Shown: positions 26,083-38,393 of the stretch, piece by piece
Layout of the letters: each line of letters begins with the position of its first letter
Numbering within the stretch: position 1 is the stretch's first letter
Origin: Heterodontus francisci
Taxonomy: Eukaryota
Reading direction: 5' to 3'
Assembly (NCBI RefSeq): GCF_036365525.1
Contig: NC_090396.1
Location: 40,784,689-40,848,688 of the forward strand
DNA: 64,000 nucleotides
Position numbers and translations under genes: made by a program
The notes under the pieces: generated by a model
The model's database searches: none
What the model was told of the DNA's origin: nothing
Seen by the model: only the letters and a program-made list of their open reading frames with translations

Positions 26083-28163
26083 AGAAGACCTGGATGACAT
26101 TGATCTTAATACAGAATTTTCCAATATGCCTGATCTCATAAAAACATTACATCAAATTCTGTTAAGATATTTAATAGAAATTGACCTGTTCCTAAGAGCA
26201 TATCTTAACCATGAAAACTCAATGTAAGATTCCAAATAAAAGCCATTTAATCTGCTAATCAGATTTAAGTCAACTTTGTCTGTAAATTGATGGATAGAAT
26301 GGACTGAAGACTGAATTGATGGAAGTGAAGATTTTCTAATCATGAATATTGCTGAAAGTCTGAGTTGTGATTATTGTAGTAAGGAGCAACTTTTGGAGTG
26401 ATGTTCTTTTTCATTCAGTCTGAATATGTTATGACTATCTGTGGAGTGTGAAATCACTGGGAGATTTTGATTCTTCCTTTATGCCTACTCACTTTGAGAG
26501 CTTCACTGGAGCAGCTTTGGCATTCTATCTAAGTTATTGATATATATGGAGACAAGCTAAGACCCTAGTGTAGGTCCCTGGGGTGCATCACTAATAATGT
26601 CTTGCGAATCACAATATATTCCCTGCATACCTACACTTTGTCACCCAGCTCCCAAACAGTTACTAACCTATGTTAATAAAAGCAAAGTACTATGCTGGAT
26701 GCTGGAAATCGGAAATAAAATCAAAACAGGCTGGAAATACTCAGCAGGTCTGGCAGCATTTGTGGAGAGAGAAACAGAGTTAACGTTTCAGGTTGATGAC
26801 TGTTCATCAGAACTGGCAAAGGTAAGAAATGGAATAGAATTTGAGCAAGTGAAAGGAGGGAGGGGGTGCAGGAGGAAGAATAAAAGGGAAGGATAGGGCA
26901 GAGGGTGGGGGACATTAAATGACAAAGATGTCATGGAACAAAGGGCAAAGGAAGTGATAATAGTAAAAGACAAAGCATTTATCCAGAGGGTTAATGGCAG
27001 AATACTGAACAGCTCCTTCCAAAAGCAAAACCATGAAAAACAAGTTTAAGACCGGAACATGTTTTTTTTAAAAAACTAACCTATGTTACAAGATTGCCTC
27101 CAATCTATGCTCTTTTATTTTTGTGAATACTCTCTTGTGCTTAATCATGAAACGTCTTCTGAAAGTCCATGAAGACAACATCCATAGACACTCCATTATG
27201 TCAGTGACTTCATCAAAAAATTTAACTAGATTACTCAGACATGATCTATCCTTCACAATCCATGCTGACTCAACCGATACCTGTCCACGTGTTCAGTCAT
27301 TCTGTCTCTAATGATCAATTCCAGTAACTTCCCCACAATTCATGTTAAACTGATAGCCCTGCAGTAACCTTGTTTCCCTGTATATCCCTTCTTAATTAAT
27401 GTAGTGACATTTGCTATTTTTCAATCAAGAAGAATCATTCCTAGAGACCTTGGGAAAATTTGGATGTATTTGCAATTCCCTCACCTTTGTTTTTAAGGTC
27501 ACATTTATTTTCAATGCAAGTAGGTTGGCCCAGATTTCTGATTGGTCCCCTTGGAAGACAAGATACACCCAAAATTTGAAATGCTTAATTTGATCTGTAC
27601 TGCTGTAGTGTGATTCAAGGTCTCTGCGATGTGTGATTTGAGCAAATATCAGGCAGGCTATAGAGTTTAGAGTGCTTCTGTAATTCCATATAATGGCTGA
27701 TGAAGGTGCAAATCATGTGAGAATGGTGATATGGTAGAATGTTGTTGCTTTGTAAAGATTTGTAGTGCTCTGCAATTGTAATTATAGATGTCTTTGGCTG
27801 GTAAAATAAAAGACTTTATACTCTAATTAGTGGATTAGTTATTTCATTGAAGTTTTGTTATTTTAGCCTTCTGGAAGTGACAAAAATTCTTTAATTCAGA
27901 ATGAAGGGCCAAGGTCAAAGCTACAACTTTAAGGCAGAATCATTCATTAAAATAGGAAATGGAAAACAAGAAGTGCAAATACCCAATGGCCTCTGGATCT
28001 TAGTGGTGTTAAAGTAGCAGGAAGCTAGTTAAGATTTGCCAATCAAGAAATCAATGGGCATGTGTGGGGTATGAGTGTGAGTATGGAATGCAGGTGCGTG
28101 TGGTTTGTTAGTGTATGTGGAGATACGGGTGTATGGGTGTGTAGGGGATACAGGTGTGTGTGG

Positions 28164-28864
28164 TGTAAAGAATTATACTCATGAGCCCTTTCATATTAGT
28201 TGTATTGGTTTTATATATATATGTATGCCAATTATATTAGTATTTTTGTGAATCACATCCGATTGTAATCAGCCTTTAATTAGCATTGTACTTTATTTTT
28301 GTAGCAATCAAGACCACTGTGCACCTGTCCCTTTTAAAATGTCTTTGTAAGATGAACTCAGGGCAGGATAATAGCGTAACTCGGTTTGCAGTTAAGTAGT
28401 GTTATGTTTGAAACCTTGTTAAGCTTCTAATTGTAATTGTGTTATCAAAGAACAATTTAAGATGATCAAGTTGTCTGTGCAAGTGAGTCCATTGAAATGT
28501 AACTGAGAGTCATGCAGCCTAGGCTGTCATGCGTGCATTCCTTATATGGTAATAAAGTGTCACATGGACTTAACCATTGGAGCAAGACACGAAAAGCAGA
28601 TAAAGGAAAGTGTTTGAAAGGCTCCAGTGGACAGCAAAGCTGAGAAGGACCCACACTGAAGCAAGCGTGAAGAAGAAGAAGATAGCGTCAACCATGCCCT
28701 TGGCGCACACGGGAAGTAAAGACCAATAGTAACCAGTTAAACTATTGCCTGGTTTGTTAAGTTTTGTTACATGTTAATGCTTAATAAATTCTCCTGAACT
28801 GCTGAACTGAAATATCTCTATGTTGCCTTTTTGTTTCATCCACAAAATCTGCCTAAAACGTACA
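28164..28864 (+). mobile_element. Solo LTR (4-bp TSD, Gypsy/ERV-type) inserted in a GT-rich low-complexity tract
   Basis: TGTA...TACA termini, TSD GTGG, AATAAA ~80 bp from the 3' end. Confidence 0.75.
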
Positions 28865-31800
28865 GTGGGGTTATAGGTGTAGATGGGGTGTGGATTGCAG
28901 GTGCGTGTGGGGTTACGTGTGTGTGGAGGGGGGGGTGGGGGTGGTGTATGTGGGGTTACAGGTGTGTGTGGTGTGTGAGAGAATGATTATTTCCACTGGT
29001 TCACTCCGCTTTCAACAGGGAAGTGGCCCAGTGCACTTGACACAGGAAATATCCCAGGAAGGTAAAGAAGATCCAGGCATCAGAGCTTGTTGTTCCCTGA
29101 GCCAAGCTGCTCCAGGACAGCCATGACAATGCAATGTTAATGTGGAGGGACACCTAGAAAAACAAGATAACTAATGTGGCCACATACAATCTACCCTGTC
29201 AACATCCTCCAAATCAACAGTTGTGTGATATAATAGAAAATGTTGGAAATGCTCAGCAAGTCAGGAAACATCTGGGGAAAGATAAGCAGAGTTCACATTT
29301 CAGATTAATGAAGTGATTTATGACTTTTACTCCTTATAGGGACTAAACCAAATCAAGAGTACATCCCTATGAATCTCCTTTAATCAAGCTCAAACCAGAC
29401 AAAGGCTCATAGACACTTATTTGGGTCCAAAGAATTGTACTAGCTTTCCCTCAAAAAAAGAAAACCAACAGAGAATATTACCATCTTTCGGATAGCCTAT
29501 TTTTAATAAATATGGCTAAGTCATAAATATCCCAGTTATTATAAGGGTCTGGCAACTCTCCTCAATACTTTTCTCTCCACTTAAAAAGAAACAGAGAGGG
29601 AGTTCTTTAGAGAATGCTACATGAGACAAATTATTAATTTTTATATATTAAATAATTTAACTTGCAATACACTTGTGAGGATAAGTATATCACAATATTA
29701 AATATTACTAAAAGATGTAACACATAATCTTATTTCTAACACAGAATCCAAAAGTTTAACCTTGCTAATGTTACAGATAAATATCTTTGAATATCCAGAA
29801 TATCCATCAAAATTTAAAGTAAACTTTTTACCTTAAATTCCCCGCAGTTGAGAAGCATTGTTGAGGATTCAACACTTCTAATTTTTTGCTTCAAAATCTC
29901 TCATGTTTATACTGTTTCTGAAGTGTTATCTGACTTTTAGCATATAGGTGTTACCTTCCTGTGTGTGTTTTTCTTGCTTTTTAAAATCCATACCTTTAAC
30001 TACCCTCTCCACTTAATGTTTCACTGGAATTCTCTTGCTTTTGAAGCTGTGAGCATTTATCTGGTCAAAATGTTTATAATTGTGTTTACTTGACCTCTTG
30101 TTCCTGTGAGTGCATTCCATTTTTAAAATTATCTATAATTGCCCTTTCTATGGCACCCCAAAGCAACCTCCGGAGGCGACCTGTCTGCATCATCAACTCC
30201 ACAAACCAATTAAGTTTATTGCTACCTTTTACTGATGTCACACAGGATATTTCAATGTGTGTGTTTATCTTCCAAGCTCTGACAACAAAGACACAAATGG
30301 ATTTCCCAACTTGTTTCTGGTTCATAACAGGGACCTTGAAATTTTTTAACTCTACTTTTTTAAAGGGGAATGTCAGTGAGTCTTGAAAACCTGACCATTT
30401 ATTCAATCTGAATTTCTAAAAGGTATAATATTTTAACTATTTCTAAATTCTGCCTAATTAAATCTATTATACCTATACTCCATCACATTTCACCAGAATG
30501 TGAAACATTAACACTCTTTCTCTTTCCATAAATATAAGCTGATTTGCTGAGTGTTTCTAGCATTTCTAGCATCAGATTTGCAGCATCTGTAGTATTTTGT
30601 TTTTAGATAAGCAGAGTGAGAGCAGGAATCAGCAATACCTGCACACTGCTGAGCTCTCAGTTCGAATCTCCAGGAAATCAACTCACTGTCATTCATGGTA
30701 AAGATGATGATTCAGGTCTAGGAGGAGAGGAGAGGGAGAGTGTGAGGCAGGTGTAATGTGGGTGGGGTGGGGGGCAGGGTAGGATGTAGAGATGGAGAAC
30801 ATGAGCCAGGTTTAACAAGAGAAAGGGAGAATGGCAGCTGTCTTCCCATCTGGATCACTATCTCCCTCTTATTCACCCGACCTCCACTTTAGACTTTTGG
30901 TCATATTCTTCACCCTACCAACTCCACCATTCACTCCATGCTCTGCCCGCCCAGATCCCCTTGAATTTTTGACATTCTTCCTTTGCCCCTCACTGAATAG
31001 TTTCAAACCTTTTGCCCCCCTCAGCCACCACCCCCCTCCCCCCCACCACCACCATCCCACAACTCCTTAGAGTTTTTGACCTACGTTCCTGACCTTCTGC
31101 CCAATGAGTTCCTGGCCTTCTTCCGTCCCAAGTTCCTGCCAAGAACAAGGCACAAAACGACTGGAAGGAAACATGATTCAAGCTACAGGTCCTTGCTGGG
31201 TCAGTAGTTCTCAAACTGGTGTCTGTAGACTACAGGGGGTCCACAGAAATCTTCCAAGGACTCCACAATGCCATGCCAGCCTTATTGGTGGTCAAGGTAG
31301 GTTTTCCCAAGTTTCCTGCTCCCCCGGGCTTCTGTTCGATTTGGACTCCAGTTCTCTCTGTGCTCCTGCCAAAGATAGGCAGACTTTGCAGGGAGCGCAG
31401 GAATACCCATCCCACTGATATTTCTAATTAAATAGCCGTTTTCTTAAAAGCATTATTAAAACATTCTTTCCAGAGAGCATTTTGATATTATGATTATTAT
31501 ATTATAATTCAGATGGGGTGGGGGGGTCTGTGATCTATGTTTACTAACCCATTTGAAAAGGAGTCCTTCAGTCTTAAAAAGTTTGAGAACCACTGGGCTA
31601 GGCACATGCAGAGCCAGAAATATTGTGCACAAATACAGCTCTGGAGAAGAAGTGGAACAGTCTTCAGAATGGTGCATGCACAAAAAGCATAGTATGTCTT
31701 GCAAGTAATCACTTATTCTTTTAATTCCCTGGAGTGGAACCCATCAGATCCTGAAGACTTGTCTAACTCAAGTACCAATATTTTCTCAGTTACCATTTTT

Positions 31801-32209
31801 TCACTTATATTAAATCCATTGTTCCTTCCCATGACTTACTTTGTACAGTACCTTGTACTGCAGTATATTGTCCTCATCCTCCAATATGAAAATGGATACA
31901 AGTGTATCAATGTCACAAGGATGTGATGTTCCTATTACTCAATATGGTCTCACCTGCATCTGCCTTTAATGAACCCACATTCCCCATTAGCACTGACTTT
32001 CTCTTAATATATTCATAAAATCTTTTGCTGTTAGCTTTGATGTCCCTTGCAAATTTTCCCATGTTCTCGCTTGCAAATTTTATTACTTTCTATCTTGCTG
32101 CTTTTTATATTTCTCCCAGTCCACTGGATTCCCACTTTATCTTGCATTTATGTCAACCTTTTCTTTTATTTTGATATTGTCTCTTACTTTACTTGTTGAC
32201 CATGGTTGA

Positions 32210-32590
32210 TTAACTCCCTCCACCACCGGCGCACAGTGGCAGCAGTGTGTACCATCTACAAGATGCACTGCAGCAACGCACCAAGGCTCCTTCGACAGCA
32301 CCTTCCAAACCCGCGACCTCTACCACCTAGAAGGACAAGGGCAGCAAATCCATGGGAACAGCACCACCTGCAAGTTCCCCTCCTTGTCACACACCATCCT
32401 GACTTGGAACTATATCGCCGTTCCTTCATGGTTGCTGTGTCAAAATCTTGGAACCCCCTTCCTAACAGCACCCCAATGACTGCAGCAGTTCAAGAAGGCA
32501 GCTCACCGTCACCTTCTGAAGGGTGATTAGGGAAAAGCAATAAATGCTGACCTGGCCAGCGACACTTACATCCCAGGAACAAATTTTTAA
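32210..32590 (+). mobile_element. 3' end fragment of the same LINE family (weaker fragments at ~12170-12540 minus and ~12760-12850 plus)
   Basis: HHRRTVAAVCTIYKMHCS..SKSWN homology and shared 3' tail. Confidence 0.85.
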
Positions 32591-33089
32591 AAACTACACC
32601 AGTGGGGTGTTTGCCTTTTAGGCACATTGAAAAAGGGAATCTTGAGAAATCTTCCTTTAGGACTAAGTACCAGTTCAGGCAATGCACTCGCCCCAAAAGT
32701 ATAGTTTGTTTCGTGGAACTTCAACCCAATAGATTATCAAATAAAACAACATAAAGAAGTGAAAGCAGTTCTTACATTACCTAGAATCAGGACTGTTCAT
32801 TTTCAATGATGGAGCCTCGAAACAGACAAGCTCATGAAAGGATTCAAGCTATTGAATGACAGTTACTCGCTCACCTTTTATTACTGTACAGTCCTGAATG
32901 TACCAAAGTATTGTTCTATGGCTCCATTTACTTTCAATGTAAAAACTTAACAGATTTCACAAAAATTATTAATTTTATATGCAACTTATCTGTTGAAATT
33001 AGGTCGTGAACAGTTTATCAACACCCTATAGACTGTACTTTCGTTTAAATTCATCAACATTTAATAGTGTGGAACTTCAGTATGTTGTT

Positions 33090-34290
33090 TCTTTTTTTAT
33101 TCGTTCATGGGATGTAGGCATTGCTGGCTAGGTCACCAGGTGGTGATGTTCCCATGCACCTGCTGCCTTTGTCGTTCTACATGGTAGAGATCACGAGTTT
33201 GGAAGGTGCTGTCTAAAGAGCCTTGGTGCGTTGCTGCAGCGCATCTTGTAGATGATGCACACTGCTGCCATTGTGTGTTGGTGGTGGAGGGAGTGAATGT
33301 TTGTGGATGGGGTGCCAATCAAGCAGGCTGCTTTATCCTGGATGGTGTTGAGCTTCTTGAGTGTTGTTGAAGCTGCACCCATCCAGGCAAGTGGAGAGTA
33401 TTCCATCACACCCCTGACTTGTGCCTTGTAGATGGTGGACAGGCTTTGGGGAGTCAGGAGGTGAGTTACTCACCGCAGGATTCCTAGCCTCTGACCTGCT
33501 CTTGTAGCCACGGTATTTAGATGGCTATTCCAGTTCAGTTTCTCGTCAATGGTAACCCCCAGGATGCTGAAAGTGGGGGATTCAGAGATCGTAATGCCAT
33601 TGAATATCATGGGGAGATGGTTAGATTCTCTCTTGTTGGAGATGGTCATTGCCTGGCACTTGTGTGGTGTGAATGTTACTTGCCACTTATCAGCCCAGGC
33701 CTGGATATTGTCCAGGTCTTGGTGCATTTCTACAGAGACTGCTTCAGTTTCTGAGGAATGGCGAATGGTGCTGAACATTGTGCAATCATCAGCGAACATC
33801 CCCACTTCTGATTTTATGATTGAAGGAAGGTCATTGATGAAGCAGCCAAAGATATTAGGGCCTAGGACACAAGCCTGAGGAACTCCTGCAGTGATGTCCA
33901 GGAGGTGAGATGATTGACCTCCAGCAACCACAACCATCTTCCTTTGTGCTTGGTATGACTCCAACCAGTGGAGATTTTTCCCCCTGATTCCCATTGACTC
34001 CAGTTTTGCTGGGGCTCCTTGATGCCATACTCAGTCAAATGCTGCCTTGATGTCAAGGGCAGTCACTGTCACCTCACCTCTTGTGTTCAGCTCTTTTGTC
34101 CATGTTTGCACCAAAGCTGTAGTGAGGTCAAGAGCTGAGTGGCCCTGGCAGAACCCAAACTGAGCATCACTGAGCAGGTTATTGCTAAGTACGTGCTACA
34201 TGGTAGCACTGTCAATGACACCTTCCATCACATTACTGATGATCGAGAGTAGACTGATGGGGTGGTAATTGGCCAGGCCCTTTTTTTGTG
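33090..34290 (-). mobile_element. 5'-truncated copy of the same LINE family (RT + 3' end)
   Basis: ORFs 33470-33994 and 33191-33409 match the RT/3' region of 2263-5480. Confidence 0.9.
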
Positions 34291-34296
34291 TACAGG

Positions 34297-34720
34297 ACAT
34301 CTTCTTGTCCTTCTTCTTTGGCCTCCTTGTCTCCAGAGACAATGGGTAAGCATCTGGAGGTGGTCAGTGGTTTGTGAAGCTGCGCCTGGAGTGGCTATAA
34401 AGGCCAATTCTAGAGTGACAGACTCTTCCACAGGTGTTACAGATAAAATTGGTTGTCGGGGCTGTTACACAGTTGGCTCTCCCCTTGTGCTTCTGTCTTT
34501 TTTCTTACCAACTGCTAAGTCTCTTGGACTCGCCACACTTTAGCCCCTCCTTTATGGCTGCCCTCAGCTCTGGCGATCACTGGCAAATGATTCCCACTAC
34601 CTGTGATCAATGTCACAGGACTTCATGAGGCGTTTGCAGACGTCTTTAAAGTGGAGACATGGACAGCCGGTGGGTCTGATACCAGTGACCAGCTCGCTGT
34701 CCAATGCGTCCTTGGGGATA
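34297..34720 (-). mobile_element. RTE-clade LINE 3' fragment
   Basis: Reverse-complement homology to 47420-47830. Confidence 0.85.
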
Positions 34721-35252
34721 CCTGGGTAATTTTCCACATTGCACATTTCGTACTGCTTTTACGGTGAAATTGCTCTATTTCGCTGTATATATAATTGATA
34801 TGCACAAGAATACCATCAATGGCATACATCAGTTCATTTACACATAGATCATAAGAATATTTTTTTTCCAAGAATTCAGTGCTATGTTTGCAGCAGCCAG
34901 AATCAATTTCAGTTGTCGCTGGGATCTGGTCCGCGGGTGATCTGGGGAGCGAAGGCTGATCTGACCCAATGTGAATCAGCAAAAACACTGAGCATAGGTC
35001 AGGACACCACAACACTGTCAGTGTGAAATCTTTATGATTGAGTGGAACTTTGATAAACCCAGAATATTGATTCATTAGGACAGAAATTAGAATGAGTAAA
35101 ACTAAGTTCGGAAGAGCTTCTTTAGCCAACATTTCTGGAATAACCTCCCAGATAGGGTACTAAATGGAAAGTACAGAGGCTGCTAACTTGTGAAAGGGAG
35201 GAAAGTACAGCTTTCCCACAAGGAACAAGTGGCCTGAAATTACACAAAGTCC

Positions 35253-35511
35253 GGGTATTTCCCACGTAGTTGCTTTCAGTTTTCCCTGCTACGAATATCA
35301 CAGTTCAACTAGTCTGGATCCACCGTCCCAATAACTTCCTGGAACATTCTGCAAGGAGGGGCTTTTAGTATTCACTATCTATTAATTGCAAGTTTAACAG
35401 CAGTGCTGGTAGGGAAAGCTCGCTCACAGCTCAGGCACATTTGTTCCCTTTTTCGATCGAAACTCTTCTTGGCCAGCTCGCCTGCTGTCCATTCATAACG
35501 AAACAGAAAGT
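35253..35511 (+). promoter_or_regulatory. Gene 2 interferon-responsive promoter: kB-like GGGTATTTCCC (35253), IRF-E GCTTTCAGTTTTC (35272), GAS TTCCTGGAA (35336), ISRE GAAACAGAAAGT (35500)
   Basis: Direct motif matches, clustered and partly conserved in the paralogous promoters at 48040-48280 and 59940-59990. Confidence 0.7.
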
Positions 35512-35519
35512 TTCAAGGC

Positions 35520-35890
35520 AAGGGAAGGAGAAAAAAAAGTGAGAGGCAGCTGTTTGCTGCGCTCATTTTAAACGGCACAGGTATGCAGAAAAGTTGTGAA
35601 GGAGCTATAGATAACCTTTTTTCTCGCTGTTTGCACCAACACACGCTGACAGAGGCTGGTAACTTTTCTAGGCTGGACAGTGGATCGAGCCGACAGCCCC
35701 ACTCGCTCTCCGCAGATCCCACCACTTGGTTCCGGGTTCAACTGTGTCGGTTGTTGTGTTTCGAGATCTCCTGAATCAGTCGCAGCAATTGTCAAGCTCT
35801 CGGATTTTGGATGGTGACTTTTCCAGGGTCAGTTTGAACCCCTGCCTCGTGTGGACCCGGTTGGATATCCGCATTTTCATTGGAACAAAG
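35520..35890 (+). other. Putative non-coding first exon of gene 2 (paralogs ~48330-48640 and ~59990-60324)
   Basis: Block conserved among duplicates directly after the ISRE, ending at AAG|GTACAG (35891; AAG|GTACAA at 60325 in gene 4). TSS not determinable. Confidence 0.45.
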
Positions 35891-36125
35891 GTACAGTCTG
35901 ACTTTCTGAAACTTAGGAACATTGCTTCCTTGACAATTCTGTAAAGCAAAGGTTTCTAGCAATGCAAATGTATCTGATAGTTCAACGATACACGGTTCTT
36001 TGAAATTCCTGACAAAACTTAAGTTATGATAGGCAAGAAAAGTGAAATCAGTTTTGATTGGATCCCTGAGGTTTAATGATTTTTCTCTGTTGTCCTTAAA
36101 TTCGCAGGGGAACTGAATTCTGGAA

Positions 36126-36192
36126 ATGGCTTCTCGCCATATAATAAGTCTCCTTTATTTATTCTTACTCAGATGCGCACCCTTTGCCCAAA
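36126..36192 (+). CDS. Gene 2 (B7/PD-L1-like IgSF) signal peptide exon MASRHIISLLYLFLLRCAPFAQ
   Basis: Acceptor ttcgcag| at 36107; gaaATGg Kozak context; donor A|GTAAGT; homologous exons at 51850 and 62034. Confidence 0.88.
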
Positions 36193-36271
36193 GTAAGTAC
36201 TGAAGTGCTTCTCAATTTATAGCCCAATATCACTGAGGTAATATGAGTTAATGAAAATTATTGTTTTTTAG

Positions 36272-36589
36272 AGTTCGTGACTTTAGACTGTGAACATTCA
36301 GTGACAGGAATATTTAATGAAGACACCATACTACCATGCAAAATTAAGTCAACAGTGGTGAGCAAACCTAGTTTCATTCAACTGATTAAAGATGGAGACG
36401 AAACAGCTATCTTTACCTTTGAGGAAAGTGGCAAAGGAGTTCAGAGTCGAATTAAATTACTTCATCCAACTTCTCAAGATGTATCACTGGAAATCCAGAA
36501 AACACAAGTGTCAGATAAGGGGACATATCAATATTATTTGGAAACATATTCTGGTTACGACCGTCAGTACATCACACTGAAGGTTAAAG
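36272..36589 (+). CDS. Gene 2 IgV-like exon (KFVTLDCEHSVTGIFNEDTILPC..RIKLL..DVSLEIQKTQVSDKGTYQYYLE..ITLKVK)
   Basis: Acceptor ttttttag|, donor G|GTAAAT; V-set motifs LPC, R-I, DVSLxI, DxGxY, G-strand ITLKV. Confidence 0.92.
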
Positions 36590-36949
36590 GTAAATAAAAG
36601 TATTCTTTCCCTGTTATTCTTCCTTGTAGAATATTGGTTGCCTCTAATTGGTGACAAATTTCAGTTTTATTCTAATTGTTAAAAGTTTGGCATGTGAGAT
36701 AGACAATCAGCAAGTTATAATGAAGATCATGTTTAGAGAAGAAAGAATGATTGTGCATTTATATAGCACTTTTCACATTCTCAGAATATCTCAAAACGTA
36801 TTTGACTGACTGAAGGTACTGGAGGATCCATTGATGACTTGGATGACCACATTATAAGACAGCTTTATAATGATTTGAAGTGCAGCCACTGGTGTTATGT
36901 AACCAATCTCAACAACCAACTAGCATGGAGAGTAGTTCCACAAACAGCA

Positions 36950-38000
36950 ATTTTTTTATTCTTTCATAGGGTGTTTGCATCACTGGCTAGTCCAGCATTT
37001 ATTACTCATTGCTAATTGCCCTTGAGAAGGTGGTGGTGAGCTGCCTTCTTGAACTGCTGCAGTCCATGTGGTGTAGGTATACCCACAGTGCTACCAGGAT
37101 GAGAGTTCCAGGATTTTGACCCAGTGACAGTGAAGAAATGGTGATATAGTTCCAAGTCAGGATGGTGTGTAGCTTGGAGGGGAACTTGCAGGTGGTGGTA
37201 TTCCCATGCATCTGCTGCCCTTGTCCTTCTAGGTGATAGAGGTTGCAGGTTTGGAAGGTGCTGTCAAAGGAGCCTTGGTGAGTTGCTGCAGTGCATCTCG
37301 TAGATGGTACACACTGCTACCACAGTGCATCAGTGGTGGAGAGAGTGCATGTTGAATGTGATGGATGGGGTGCCAGTCAAGTCGGCTGCTTTGTCCTGGA
37401 TGGTGTCGAGCTTCTTGACTGCTGTTGGAACTGCACCCATCCAGGCAAGTGCAGAGTATTCCATTACACTCCTGACTTGTGTATTGTAGATGGTGGGCCG
37501 GCTTAGATGAGTCAGGAGGTGAGTTACCACAGGATTCCTAGCCTTTGAACTGCTCTTGTAGCCATGGTATTTATATGGCTACTCCAGTTCAATTTCCGGT
37601 CAATGGTAACCCCCAGGATGTTGACAGTTGGGGATTCAGCGATGGTAATGCCATTGAATGTCAAAGGGAGAGGGTTGGATTCTCTCTTGTTGGACATGCT
37701 CATTGCCTGGCACTTGTGTGGCGCGAATGTAACTTGCCACTTATCAGCCCAAGCCTGAATGTTGTCCAGCTCTTGCCGCATATAGACACCAACTGCATCA
37801 GTATCTGAGGAGTTGTGCATGGTACTGAACATTGTACAATCATCAGTGAGAAATCCCAGTTCTGATCTTATGATGGAGGGAAGGCCATTGATGAAGCAGC
37901 TGAAGATGGTTGGATCTCAGACACGGTCCTGAGGAACTCCTGCAGTGATGTTCTGGGACTGAGATGATTGACCTCCTTTGTGCTAAGTATGACTCCAACC
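36950..38000 (-). mobile_element. 5'-truncated copy of the same LINE family in gene 2 intron 3
   Basis: ORFs 37524-37832 and 37330-37530 homologous to the RT C-terminus. Confidence 0.9.
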
Positions 38001-38393
38001 AAATGACTGATGGTTGATGGTGTTGGTTGAACAACAATGTTGGTGAGGAGAGCTTTGATTCATCTGTGAATAGTGCCCCAGGATCTTTTTCATCCACCTG
38101 AGCAGGTAGTTCCAGGTCTCAATTTAATGTCCCATCTCAAAGACAACATTTTGAACAATGCATGCTCCCTACCTGCATCAAAGTCCCAGGCAAGATGACA
38201 TTCTCAAATACATAGCGGGTTAAACCCATAGCCTTTTGTCTCAGAAGTGGGATTGCTTCCAATTGAGCCAAGCTAATACTTTTATCTATTTTCAATTAGC
38301 AGAAACATAAAAAAGTGATATCCTCGCTTTTAATAATTTGATTTTGTAATGCTGTTAAACAGTGCTGTGGAGAGGGATTACTATAGTATATAT

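Noticed and set aside
35583-35774. 63-aa uORF in gene 2 exon 1
   Set aside because: Start and frame are not conserved in the gene 3/4 paralogous blocks, and the TSS is unknown.
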